Under the pieces are notes generated by a model. The model ran no database searches and was not told where the DNA came from. It saw only the letters and a program-made list of their open reading frames with translations. The translations under genes were made by a program, and so were the position numbers. Below are positions 1 through 9,050 of a DNA stretch of 44,841 nucleotides, piece by piece (the first letter of the stretch is position 1; each line of letters begins with the position of its first letter). Source of the stretch: a virus (lineage: Duplodnaviria > Caudoviricetes); the IMG/VR virus record IMGVR_UViG_3300037408_000662, positions 1 to 44,841 of that record. One strand, written 5' to 3'.

Positions 1-661
1 CATCCAACCCAAACTCGCGCCGTAGAACAGCGTGAGCGATGTCCTGCCGAACCTCCGTGCCCACTCCATACAACGTGCGCTCCATGCGTGGATTTTCGGC
101 ACCAGCATCTTCCAGCTCACGCAAGATCTCTGCCCGCCTCTTTCCCAAGCGCACCGTCAGCGCACGCAATTCGTCTGGACGTGCACTCCGCGCAATTACT
201 TTCGCATGATGTACGTCCAAGCGCACCGGCATCAACTCCGCAGGCCACGGTCCCCACTTGGTGAGTACATTGACCCATCCTGGCGACCGCCGATGCGGCA
301 ACACGTATAGCGCTGTCCGGCCCGCTGCCGCCTCCGTGAGCACCGCCGTCGTACTCTCCAGATAGATCGCCATCGCGTCCATGTCGTCAGGCGCCCCGCT
401 CACCAACGCGATGCGCAGATCTTGGGCGTACTTCATCTCCGTTCCGTTCAACAGGATCTTCGGGGCACGCTGTTGCAACTTCTGCTTCAACAGGCCCGCC
501 ATCATTTGCAAGAACAGCGCGCGCCCCCGCTCAACACGCTCTGGTAGATGCGCGATGACATCGTTGTAGATGGCGACCGTCTTGGCCAAGTTGTAGCTCG
601 TCGGAGTCGGAGACATCGTGGCCAAGCGCGGACGCTGGTAACGCAGCTTCGCCATGCGCAT
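1..661 (-). CDS. Hypothetical virion-region protein, runs off the window start (MRMAKLRYQRPRL...HAVLRREFGLD)
   Basis: Manual translation: open from ATG 661 (or 655), directly after the TAG of the upstream gene, with no stop before base 1; absent from the ORF track. Confidence 0.7.
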   Translation of the reverse strand, partial: MRMAKLRYQRPRLATMSPTPTSYNLAKTVAIYNDVIAHLPERVERGRALFLQMMAGLLKQKLQQRAPKILLNGTEMKYAQDLRIALVSGAPDDMDAMAIYLESTTAVLTEAAAGRTALYVLPHRRSPGWVNVLTKWGPWPAELMPVRLDVHHAKVIARSARPDELRALTVRLGKRRAEILRELEDAGAENPRMERTLYGVGTEVRQDIAHAVLRREFGLD

Positions 662-1048
662 CTATGACGCCGCAGGCGTGCTCACCACGGGGACAAGACG
701 CTCGTTGACGACCACCGCTTGGCCATCACGTGCGATCATCTTCCGCAGCAACGACTCATGCCCTTTGCAGCATCCAACGCTACCGCGCCCCGTGAACTCC
801 ACCGCCATGTCGGCATCAGTACCACAGATGAAGCAGTAGCTCGCCAGGTTGGCACGCGGTCCCTTGTAGCGCGGGAACGCCAACCCCTTGATCGGACCAC
901 CGCAGTCGTGCTGCTGACACCCCGGCGTTCTCCCCTCTCGCAATGCCTTCCAGTGATGCTCGCACCACGCGCACACCGCGCTCATACCGTTGGCGATTTC
1001 CTTCTTGATGATCAGCTCGCTCAGCATGTCAACATCCTCCCTGGCCAC
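662..1048 (-). CDS. Cys/His-rich putative Zn-binding protein
   Basis: CAWCEHH, CQQHDC, CFIC and CCKGH motifs; tightly packed with neighbours. Confidence 0.65.
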   Translation of the reverse strand: MAREDVDMLSELIIKKEIANGMSAVCAWCEHHWKALREGRTPGCQQHDCGGPIKGLAFPRYKGPRANLASYCFICGTDADMAVEFTGRGSVGCCKGHESLLRKMIARDGQAVVVNERLVPVVSTPAAS

Positions 1049-1584
1049 TACTCTCCGGCTAACTCAGACACCCTGTTCGCTACGTCCGCAGCAAACTTCT
1101 TCATGCGCTTCGGGAAGTTCTCAATATCGTCAGGCGCGCTCTTACCTGGGAAGATCCACACATACGGCCAGTTGTCGCGCCCCTTCGTCTTGACGTTCAC
1201 ATCGGCTCCACCCTCTCCGAACACCCGACCAGCAACCTTCGATGCCTTGAGCAACTGCGGCCAAACCTTCTCCCATGCGTCGGCATCGCCACGCGACAAT
1301 GGAGACTGGAACTCGACATGCAGTTGAACTCCCTTTGGCAAAGGCTGCACACCGATATGAACCGGCACGCTCAACCCCAACATCTGGATGCTCAGGGAAG
1401 AGATGCCCCACCCATCCGCATCCCAGCGGTGGAGTATTTTGAACCCAGCCCGCTTGAACTGCTCAGCAAACTCCGCCATGGCATTGGTGCTCAACTCGCG
1501 AGCGTGATCATACGACAGACCAGACCACCCTTCGTCTTCTTCCGTCAGGGCATGAAAAAGCTGCCCCATTGTCCTCGTCGCCAT
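1048..1584 (-). CDS. Hypothetical protein (possible head-associated)
   Basis: 178-aa ORF packed in the late operon; LTE motif near the N-terminus. Confidence 0.6.
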   Translation of the reverse strand: MATRTMGQLFHALTEEDEGWSGLSYDHARELSTNAMAEFAEQFKRAGFKILHRWDADGWGISSLSIQMLGLSVPVHIGVQPLPKGVQLHVEFQSPLSRGDADAWEKVWPQLLKASKVAGRVFGEGGADVNVKTKGRDNWPYVWIFPGKSAPDDIENFPKRMKKFAADVANRVSELAGE

Positions 1585-1588
1585 GTTC

Positions 1589-2149
1589 TCAGCCTACCTT
1601 TCGTTCCGGTACGAACTTCGACCGGCGCTTGAGCAGTAGCTTGTACCCAACAGTCATCGCCGACCCCAGGATGTTTCCCGACGCCCCCGCGTTCACCACG
1701 TCCCACCACAGGTTGAACACGTAGATCACGTCGCCCTCTTTCGGCGTCCGTCCCGCGAACGAACGCCCCTTCAACGCCGTCTCCCAGTGGAGGACCGCAA
1801 TGCAGCACGTCGCATCGTATTCGACGATCTTTCCCTCCTCGCGCACAGATGGTTGGCGGTTCTCCGCCTCCTGGTACTCCACCGTGCATTGGAAGGTCAG
1901 CGGTGCTTCTCCCCCAATCACATTCGGCGAGAAGTTCCACGACGTCGGATGGTTCTGATCAGTCCCACGCGGATCGTGACCGCCGTACAGCGGATCGTTA
2001 TCCGGCTCGCCATACAGCGGGTCCACATTGCGACCCCGGTTGAGGCTGTAATACTCGCAGGTCGGCCCCACCAGCGCGATCCGCTCCGCTTCCAAAGACT
2101 TGAGATAGGCAGCTTCAGTCGGACAACATTCGGGGCCGTAGATGGCCAT
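1589..2149 (-). CDS. gp14: Neck/head-completion protein, T4 gp14-like
   Basis: DPLYGE and PKEGDVIY motifs typical of gp14; GGAGG RBS; lies downstream of the gp13-like gene. Confidence 0.7.
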   Translation of the reverse strand: MAIYGPECCPTEAAYLKSLEAERIALVGPTCEYYSLNRGRNVDPLYGEPDNDPLYGGHDPRGTDQNHPTSWNFSPNVIGGEAPLTFQCTVEYQEAENRQPSVREEGKIVEYDATCCIAVLHWETALKGRSFAGRTPKEGDVIYVFNLWWDVVNAGASGNILGSAMTVGYKLLLKRRSKFVPERKVG

Positions 2150-2316
2150 GGATCACCTCCGTCAGCCGCGATCACCATGCCGCCTCTGGCCAACCGCAAC
2201 GCCCTGGTCGCCTGGTCGCGCCTGCCGTATAGATTCGCCTCGGCAAACTCATCGCTCCACTGGTTTCCAGTCCAAAACCATGTCCTGTGGTTGACGCGTT
2301 TGACGATGATGTACAT
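1918..2316 (-). CDS. Possible small protein duplicating the C-terminal domain of 2343..3440
   Basis: First ~50 aa (IVKR..RTWFWTGNQWSDEF..GGMVI) align with the upstream gene's C-terminus; the rest overlaps gp14 out of frame. Confidence 0.35.
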   Translation of the reverse strand: MYIIVKRVNHRTWFWTGNQWSDEFAEANLYGRRDQATRALRLARGGMVIAADGGDPWPSTAPNVVRLKLPISSLWKRSGSRWWGRPASITASTGVAMWTRCMASRITIRCTAVTIRVGLIRTIRRRGTSRRM

Positions 2317-2342
2317 TCCTCCGCTTCACCACGGACCGAAGA

Positions 2343-3440
2343 TCAATCCTCGTTGTCGTAATCCTCGCGAGAGATTACCTGTCCGCCATTGCTCTTCTCG
2401 GCAGCTTGTTCAGCTTTTCTCTCGGTATCGTATTCCATCCCATCCGGGTATTCATCGCTCCACTGCCTGCCAGTCCAGAACAAAGTCCGTCCGCTATTTC
2501 TCTTGATCACCAGGAAACGACCCTTGCCCTCGGACAGGCGCTTCTTGCTGCCATACATTGCCAAGCACTCGTTGATGGCGGCAATGTCCTGCCTGTTGAG
2601 TCCCTCTTTGACACCCGGCATCAGACGTGGGCTACTGTCTCGCGCCAACTTCTTCTTCGCCTTGGCCAGTTTCGCACCGAGCCCATCCCAGCATCGGATG
2701 TCCCGACCCGCATCCCGCGCAGATCGCCCGCACGGCAGCTTGGTGGCGGCGAAGTGCAACTTCTTGCCCTTCTTCGTGGCCTTCAGCTTGCGGCTGCCCT
2801 TCTTCGCTCCATCCGACCACGAACCGCCAGGCTTAACGCCTTCACGCGATGTGAATTGACCGCCCTTGTCATGGAACGGATTGAACTTGATGTTGGTCTT
2901 CGGCTCCCCGCTGGCGCGATTAGATGCCACTTTCTCCGCCAACACCGCGTTGACGTCCTCCACCAAGTCGTCCAGTGAGTCCAGGCTCTCCTCCGTCGCC
3001 TGCTCGTGATAGGAGATCAAAGCCATCTGGATCACTTCGGGCTTCTGTACGAGAACGCTGGGAGCGAAGTGCACGCTGGTCTGGTGCTCGCTCATGTAGA
3101 GCTTCACCTCGCCCGGCGTGAGCAGCCCGGTCTCCAGCACGAAATCGTACAGATCCTGCGCATCCATGGCGGACTCGAAGTTGAACATGATCTCGCCATC
3201 GCTCTCCTTACCCTGCCACGGACGCATGTCCTTGCGGTCCGCCGAGCGCACCGATCCCAACGGGACGTGCTGCTGCGATGTGGCGATGGCGTCCTCGGCG
3301 AGCGCCTTCACCGCGCCTCGTCGCAGGACGTCATCCTGGCGCGTACTCGGCGTGATCCCCAGCATGCGCTTCTCGGACTCGGACATGCACTCAGCGATAG
3401 ACCCCAAGATCTCATTCAACGGACCTACGTGACTGATCAT
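2343..3440 (-). CDS. Probable head-associated/internal protein
   Basis: Lies between gp13 and gp14; FNPFHDKGGQF motif; Lys-rich segments; repeated L/I-x-E motifs. Confidence 0.55.
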   Translation of the reverse strand: MISHVGPLNEILGSIAECMSESEKRMLGITPSTRQDDVLRRGAVKALAEDAIATSQQHVPLGSVRSADRKDMRPWQGKESDGEIMFNFESAMDAQDLYDFVLETGLLTPGEVKLYMSEHQTSVHFAPSVLVQKPEVIQMALISYHEQATEESLDSLDDLVEDVNAVLAEKVASNRASGEPKTNIKFNPFHDKGGQFTSREGVKPGGSWSDGAKKGSRKLKATKKGKKLHFAATKLPCGRSARDAGRDIRCWDGLGAKLAKAKKKLARDSSPRLMPGVKEGLNRQDIAAINECLAMYGSKKRLSEGKGRFLVIKRNSGRTLFWTGRQWSDEYPDGMEYDTERKAEQAAEKSNGGQVISREDYDNED

Positions 3441-3451
3441 GCGGACCTCCT

Positions 3452-4180
3452 CTAGGCAGTCCAGAACCCGACGGGCGACTGCAACTGTCGAATCTTCTCT
3501 TCCAACTCTTTTTCACGCGCATCGGCGTTCGCGTACAGCGAGTCGCCGTCCATCCCAAACGATCCTGTGGCGCTCGGCTTGTCCGAATACTTCATGCGGA
3601 TCATTCCCAGCGTCTTCATCGACTGCACCAGGGCGTACTCGCGGAATAACCAATACTCCGAGTTGCTCATCTTCGTCATGTCGACCTCGGTCGAGATGTA
3701 CACCACACCCACCCGCTGGCCGTTCAGCTCCGAGTTCTGCGGCGGCGTCAGGATGAGCAAGCGTCGCGCCCGATCCCACTCCCAATCGAGGTCGTTGCTG
3801 ACCACGCGCGATCCCAGCTCCCGGTATTGCATGAGCTGCACCAGCGCGGAGTAGCCACCGTAGCCCGCATACACCCAGGTGTACGGATTCACCTCGACGT
3901 CCGCCCACGAGAACAGCCGCGTCAGGTCGTCGTGGACAGGGAAAATAACGTCCGCCACGCAGTCCACGTCCGGCCCGATCAGCGCCTCGGCGTATTCGCT
4001 CACGCCAGTCGTCTGCAAGAAGATCATCTTCGCCTGGCCGACCCAAGCGCGCCAGAAATCCTTCGCCATCTGGATGTTGACGTCCAACTGCTCGTCGGTG
4101 AGTTCCACGCAGATCACGCCGTCGCCCAAACGGCGCTTGATCCATACCCTCAGCTCCGCATCCGTCTGGACGTTTTGCAT
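3452..4180 (-). CDS. gp13: Neck protein, T4 gp13-like
   Basis: LRVWIKRRLGDGVICVELTDEQLD N-terminus and LGMIRMKY...DGDSLY...ELEE C-terminus match the gp13 family pattern. Confidence 0.8.
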   Translation of the reverse strand: MQNVQTDAELRVWIKRRLGDGVICVELTDEQLDVNIQMAKDFWRAWVGQAKMIFLQTTGVSEYAEALIGPDVDCVADVIFPVHDDLTRLFSWADVEVNPYTWVYAGYGGYSALVQLMQYRELGSRVVSNDLDWEWDRARRLLILTPPQNSELNGQRVGVVYISTEVDMTKMSNSEYWLFREYALVQSMKTLGMIRMKYSDKPSATGSFGMDGDSLYANADAREKELEEKIRQLQSPVGFWTA

Positions 4181-4183
4181 GAC

Positions 4184-4855
4184 CTACTTCTTTCCCGCCG
4201 CCTTCTTCCACTCTCGCGCGGGCTTCCCCGTCAAGATGCGGTAGATGGCGTTCTGCGACTTCTGCACCAAGCCGTGGAGATCCGCCTCGTTCACGTTGTT
4301 GCGCCGCAACGCGCTCATCAGCGCCTGTCCGGTCTGTGCCAGGATATAGTTCAGTTGGTCGTCGTCCAACTTCTGCACCACCATCACAGCCTGCTTGATG
4401 TCCTTCGGCAGCTTGTCCACGTCGATGTCCGGCGTATCATTGGCTGGGGCCGCTGCCTCCTCCGGCGTCTCCTCATCCTCCTCGTCGTCGGTCGCGTCCT
4501 CGCCGTCTACGGCGTCCTTCTCCCTCATCTTTTGTGCTTTTGGTGTCGCCCCCATCATGTCCTGCTCTGCCACCTGTCCCAGACGAGCGCGCACCCGCGC
4601 GTCAGGATGTGCATCCGCAATCATGTTGGCCGCGACTTCTGGCACCTCTGGCTCCTCTGGGAAGAACAGAAAGAATTCCGCCATGTAGAACTTATGGTTG
4701 GTGCCATCCTCGCGCAGGGTAATGCCAAATGGCGTCTGGCCGCACACGTCCCCGCGTGCCACCAGGTGACCCATGCGCGTACGCACTTCAACCGTCTCGC
4801 CAATGCCGAGCCGCCCCGGGGCAATCGCCCCATCGACACGTCGTTCATTCATCAT
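4184..4855 (-). CDS. Hypothetical protein with acidic linker
   Basis: 223-aa ORF, ATGA-coupled to the upstream gene. Confidence 0.65.
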   Translation of the reverse strand: MMNERRVDGAIAPGRLGIGETVEVRTRMGHLVARGDVCGQTPFGITLREDGTNHKFYMAEFFLFFPEEPEVPEVAANMIADAHPDARVRARLGQVAEQDMMGATPKAQKMREKDAVDGEDATDDEEDEETPEEAAAPANDTPDIDVDKLPKDIKQAVMVVQKLDDDQLNYILAQTGQALMSALRRNNVNEADLHGLVQKSQNAIYRILTGKPAREWKKAAGKK

Positions 4856-5256
4856 CGGCGTCGCCTGGGCCGAGGCGTTTCCACCGGAGTGTTGCCATCA
4901 GACACCGGCTCCTCCGTCTGCGCCTGTACCACTGTCCCTTCCACTACTGCTGCTGGCGCTTCCTCCTTGACGACCTCTGCCTGTACGAATGACGGCATCG
5001 GCATCAGAATCTCACGCTTTGGCTCTGGCACCGGAGCAGCCTTCGGCGGGCGCGGCGGATCGCCCTGCTCGCGAATGCGCACCAATGTCCCGTCCTCAAC
5101 CCATGGCCCGAAGTCCAGATCGGTGTCCACGACCTTACCGGCCTCGAACAACACCGTCCAGGACTGCCTCAGCGGAGGAAGCCCCTCGCGCTGGATCTCG
5201 TGTATGCCATCGATGGGCAAACGGGATATGCCGCGCCTCAACATGTACTTCGCCAT
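4852..5256 (-). CDS. Hypothetical Pro/Glu-rich protein following the MCP
   Basis: GGAGG RBS before ATG 5256 (MAKYMLRR). Confidence 0.6.
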   Translation of the reverse strand: MAKYMLRRGISRLPIDGIHEIQREGLPPLRQSWTVLFEAGKVVDTDLDFGPWVEDGTLVRIREQGDPPRPPKAAPVPEPKREILMPMPSFVQAEVVKEEAPAAVVEGTVVQAQTEEPVSDGNTPVETPRPRRRR

Positions 5257-5330
5257 GGTTACACCTCCAAGTGTCAACACAGAACATCCTAGCTGGTTCA
5301 ATGGCATAGGTCAAAGGTGTTGGCATAGAC

Positions 5331-5351
5331 CTCCCGCCATGGCGGCGGGAG
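5331..5351. other. GC hairpin in the post-MCP intergenic region
   Basis: CTCCCGCC-ATGGC-GGCGGGAG, 8-bp stem; no clear U-tract. Confidence 0.4.
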
Positions 5352-5457
5352 CAAAGGCAGAGTGCATGGAGAAGTAACCTAACGGTGGGTTCTCACAGAC
5401 TCGGGCTCCACTAACCGTACACCTCGTCCACGCCCCGGTCAAATCTCATCACCGACA

Positions 5458-5472
5458 CGAACCTGGGTTCGC
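5458..5472. repeat. Palindrome copy (CGAACCTGGGTTCGC)
   Basis: Variant copy, intergenic after the MCP gene. Confidence 0.65.
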
Positions 5473-5560
5473 CTCGCACCGCATCCGGTCGAGCACCAAT
5501 GGGATCCGCGCCTGATCTTCACCAGGCGCGCGGAGCTTCAAAATGTGGGGTTGATTGCTA

Positions 5561-7171
5561 TCAGACCGTGGTCACGGCGGGCAGACCGGAGCAGGTGATC
5601 ACGCCGTAGTATTCGGGGCGCAGCATCTTGGAGGCATACCGCGTGCGGACGCCCTTGCGGAACGTGAAGTCGTTGGGATCCATGAAGGTCGGGGTGACCT
5701 GGAGTGGGACGTACGGAGCGTACACGAATCCGGCGTCGAGGAAGTTGTTGCCCTTGAGGCCGACGAGCACCTTGTTGGCGGTCATGTACGGGTCTTGGTA
5801 GACCGCGAACCGCTTGAGCAGGGTGCCGATGCGGGCGATACCGAAATCGGACGTGATCGGTCCGTAGGTCGGGCTCTGCACGTTCTGCTCGATGCTGGCG
5901 AAGTCGCCGTGCGTCGAGAGCTGGTCGAGCAGGGCGCCCACGCTCGGGGACACCACGATGAAGTTGGCCGGGGCGCGACCCGACGCGGTGTGGATGGAGG
6001 CCGCCACGGCGCTGATCTTGGTCAGCAGGTTGCGGATGGTCTCGATCTCGCCCGTGCTACCGGCCGAGTACGAGTAGGTGTAGGACGCGGAGAACTTGGC
6101 GCCGGTCACAAGGGCGTCCACGATCTCACGGTCGGTCTCCAGCATGACCTCGTTGGCGAACGTGCCGACTAGTTCGGTCTCGGCGTCCATGCCGTGCAGG
6201 GCGCGCATGTCGTCGACGGCTTCCACGGACCAGCGGGCCTTCAGCTTGCGGCTCTCGGCCTTCACGGTGTGCAGGGCGATGTCGAGGCTGATGCTCGGGA
6301 TCTCCGCGCCGGAGGTGTAGCCCACCTGCTCGAAGTTCACGAAGTATTGGGCGTAGATCACGGTGCTGGCGATGAAGGTCGACGCGCCGCCGATTTCGTC
6401 GATGGCGTTGAGGGTCCAGGCGCCGGTGCTGACGGTGAACGTGCCCACGGTGGCCCCGTAGTTGTCCACGAGGTTGTTGGTCACGCCGGTCGGGTCGAGG
6501 GTGGCCACGATGTCCAGCGGGAGGAGGCCGGTGCTGTCGAGCACGCGGTAGTACAGCTTCACGTAGAACGTGCGCTGGCCGTCCACGCCCGGAGCGCGGA
6601 TGGGCTTCCACTCCGGCAGGCGGCAGTTGGCACCCACGTTGGAGAGGGAGGCCACGGCGGTCGCCTGGGTGCAGATGACGTCGTAGTCCACGTACTCCGA
6701 GGAGTACATGCGGGCGAAGTTCTGGTTGATGTTGTCGCCCGCCACGAGGGCGCCGTCATAGGCCATGTTGTACGGGGCATTGGTGATGCCGTACTGCGGG
6801 ATCTTGGTGCCCTTGCGGTCGTCGTACTTCTTCTCGTAGTAGAAGATGCCGCCGACGGGGGCGGTCATCGGCTGCACCGAGACGAGCTGGTTGGCGATCA
6901 AGTTCGGGAAGACGCGCCGGAGGACCGGAAACACGTACTTCGTGAACGCGCCCGCGTTGGTGCTGAGGGTGTCCTCATGGAGAGACTTGATGTGGTCCAT
7001 CTCGTTCTCCATGATGATCGCCGTGCAGCGCCGCACGTAGTGGCTGTTGATGGGGTCGCGCTCGTTCATGGGCTGAAGGATCTTGGCCCAGCGCGACTCG
7101 CAGATCTTGCCGTAGGACTCGTCGAACACGGTCTTCTTGCCGTTCTCTTCCACGATGTTTCGAGCTTGCAT
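5561..7171 (-). CDS. gp23: Major capsid protein, T4 gp23-like
   Basis: LRRVFPNLIANQLVSVQPMTAPVG, SRKLKARWS, DAETEL, E.DREI, DAGFVYAPYVPL and FRKGVRTRY motifs; strong C/G-ending codon bias. Confidence 0.95.
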   Translation of the reverse strand: MQARNIVEENGKKTVFDESYGKICESRWAKILQPMNERDPINSHYVRRCTAIIMENEMDHIKSLHEDTLSTNAGAFTKYVFPVLRRVFPNLIANQLVSVQPMTAPVGGIFYYEKKYDDRKGTKIPQYGITNAPYNMAYDGALVAGDNINQNFARMYSSEYVDYDVICTQATAVASLSNVGANCRLPEWKPIRAPGVDGQRTFYVKLYYRVLDSTGLLPLDIVATLDPTGVTNNLVDNYGATVGTFTVSTGAWTLNAIDEIGGASTFIASTVIYAQYFVNFEQVGYTSGAEIPSISLDIALHTVKAESRKLKARWSVEAVDDMRALHGMDAETELVGTFANEVMLETDREIVDALVTGAKFSASYTYSYSAGSTGEIETIRNLLTKISAVAASIHTASGRAPANFIVVSPSVGALLDQLSTHGDFASIEQNVQSPTYGPITSDFGIARIGTLLKRFAVYQDPYMTANKVLVGLKGNNFLDAGFVYAPYVPLQVTPTFMDPNDFTFRKGVRTRYASKMLRPEYYGVITCSGLPAVTTV

Positions 7172-7195
7172 GGTGTTACCTCTCCTGGTCTGTTG

Positions 7196-8824
7196 TTAGC
7201 TGTTGTACCCCGCCAGCCGCCGCATGATGTCGAACGAGTTGCCGAAGTCATCGGCCCCACGTACGGCTCCTGCCTGCGGCGCGCGGTCCTCGGTCAGCTC
7301 GCGCTCGTCGCCCTGGCCCCGCTGGAGCTTGCGGCGCATCTCGCGCAAATCTGGGTCCGAGATCTCCATCGATCCGTGCCTTGCCACGACCTTGTCCACA
7401 TCGGCCCTGGAGGTCACATCCTCCAACAGACCCATCACGCTCGAACTGTTCACCAGCCCTGCAACCTTCTTGGCTTTGTAGGCGTCCAGCTCCGCCCGGT
7501 CAGCGCGCTCCTGCGCCTCTGCCAGCATCGCCTCGGCCTTCTCCGCCCGCTCGTCCGCCTCGGCCAGCGAGGCATCCGCGCGTTTCGTCAACTCCACAAC
7601 ACGGCGCAACTTCTCGTCCAACGACTCCGCCTTTGCCTGCAACAGCTTCATCTCGCCGCGCAGGGTCGCGTTCTCTTCCCGTAGCTCCATCTCCTCTTCC
7701 GTCGGCCCGTCCGGGGTCACATCCACAGACGGCTCGGGAAGATGCTCCATCACCACCGCAAGCTTGGCCTCGGCATCCTCTACCGACTCCATGCGCGCTC
7801 CGCGCAGCAGCTCGCGGATCATCTCGGCCATCGGGTGCCCCCCGATCTGGCGCTCCACACGCAGCATGATCGCTGCCTGCTTACCTTCTTCCACGGCCTC
7901 GTCCCGCTCCTTGGTGCGTTCCGCGACCTCGATGTCCTTAGCGCGCAACGCATCGCGCACGGCCGCCTCGTCTGGGTGCTGGCGATATGCTCCCACCATC
8001 TCCGCGATGGCCGCCAGTGTCGCACGCGCGCCACCCACGGCGGGGTCGACCGCGTACTCCTCCCGGAGTTGCGTACCGATGTCCTCGCGCGCCTCGATCA
8101 GCGCCTGCGCCAGCCGACGCTCGAACGCCTCGGTCATCTCGGACCGCACGCGCCGCTCGGCCTCGGCCACCGCCGCGTCCAGCCCCGCTGTGACCTTGTC
8201 CTTGGCCTTAGCCAGCGCGTCCTGCGCTGCCGCCTCCTGGATCTGGCGGGCCAGGTCCGGGAACTCCGACAGGAACATCTGCGCTGCCGTCGGCTCGTCC
8301 ACGGACTCCGTGGTAATGTTCGGGATCGCCGTCCGCACGGCTGGATCCGCCACGAAGTCGTAGGTCTTCAGGCTGAAGTCGTCCTGGACGTCTTCTGCCT
8401 CCTCGTCCGCCGCTGGCTTGGTGCTGCCAAACCCGCGCGACGATACGCCGATGGGGATGTTTGCCTCGATCAGCGCCTTCAAGGTCTTCCCCTCCGGCGT
8501 ATTCAGGATCTCGGCCTCGCCCATCACCCGGCCATCCTTCTCAATCCACAGGTCCGTGATGACATGGCTCACACGCTTCAGGCTCGTCTTGCCGTCTGCC
8601 GGGTGATCTAGCTCGCCCAATACGCGACGGGTCTTCAGATCCTCTGCGAGGCGCTTGATCTCCCGCCCCATCAGAGCCTCCGAGTACCGACGGCCGTTCT
8701 GCGTAGGCACTCCCACCCGACCGAACTCACCACGCGCCACGAGCTTCCCAGACCCAGCGGCCTGGCGAGCCTCTGCCATCAAAAACGCCGTGGGTTTACT
8801 GGTCTCGATCAGTAGCTGCGGCAT
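7196..8824 (-). CDS. gp21: Prohead protease (gp21-like) fused to a coiled-coil scaffold (gp22-like)
   Basis: NGRRY, LGELDHP, VSH, ILNTPEG, GVSSRGFGS and DFVADP motifs, then ~350 aa of Ala/Glu coiled coil; start taken as ATG 8824. Confidence 0.88.
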   Translation of the reverse strand: MPQLLIETSKPTAFLMAEARQAAGSGKLVARGEFGRVGVPTQNGRRYSEALMGREIKRLAEDLKTRRVLGELDHPADGKTSLKRVSHVITDLWIEKDGRVMGEAEILNTPEGKTLKALIEANIPIGVSSRGFGSTKPAADEEAEDVQDDFSLKTYDFVADPAVRTAIPNITTESVDEPTAAQMFLSEFPDLARQIQEAAAQDALAKAKDKVTAGLDAAVAEAERRVRSEMTEAFERRLAQALIEAREDIGTQLREEYAVDPAVGGARATLAAIAEMVGAYRQHPDEAAVRDALRAKDIEVAERTKERDEAVEEGKQAAIMLRVERQIGGHPMAEMIRELLRGARMESVEDAEAKLAVVMEHLPEPSVDVTPDGPTEEEMELREENATLRGEMKLLQAKAESLDEKLRRVVELTKRADASLAEADERAEKAEAMLAEAQERADRAELDAYKAKKVAGLVNSSSVMGLLEDVTSRADVDKVVARHGSMEISDPDLREMRRKLQRGQGDERELTEDRAPQAGAVRGADDFGNSFDIMRRLAGYNS

Positions 8825-8840
8825 CGTTTCACCAATTCCC

Positions 8841-9050
8841 TCAGCGCTTTCGCTGAAGACCCGTCCGGGCCAAAAGACTCCACTCGGAACGCCGCTTGGC
8901 TTCAGGGGACACCCGACGATCCGTCTTGTTCCCACTGAGCCGCACGGCCTTCTTCGTGGACTCGAATCCCATCAGCTCATGCCTCCCGGACGTCGTTCCC
9001 GTCCGGCGTCGCTGGCCACCCTCGCCGAGGTGGCCGTCGGTCAGTTTCCC
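8841..9050 (-). other. Putative -1 programmed ribosomal frameshift signal and 67-codon extension frame
   Basis: G GGA AAC directly before TGA, hairpin GGCCACC..GGTGGCC 8 nt downstream, -1 frame open to TGA 8843-8841. Confidence 0.65.

Noticed and set aside
5272-5277. TTGACA before gene 4852..5256
   Set aside because: Directly adjacent to the RBS, leaving no room for a -10 box and TSS; lacks the AAC extension
3827-8611. Long plus-strand ORFs (3827..5377, 6194..7684, 7742..8611, also 11594..12634, 18859..19860, 33037..34350)
   Set aside because: Antisense shadows of GC3-biased minus-strand genes; no recognisable motifs
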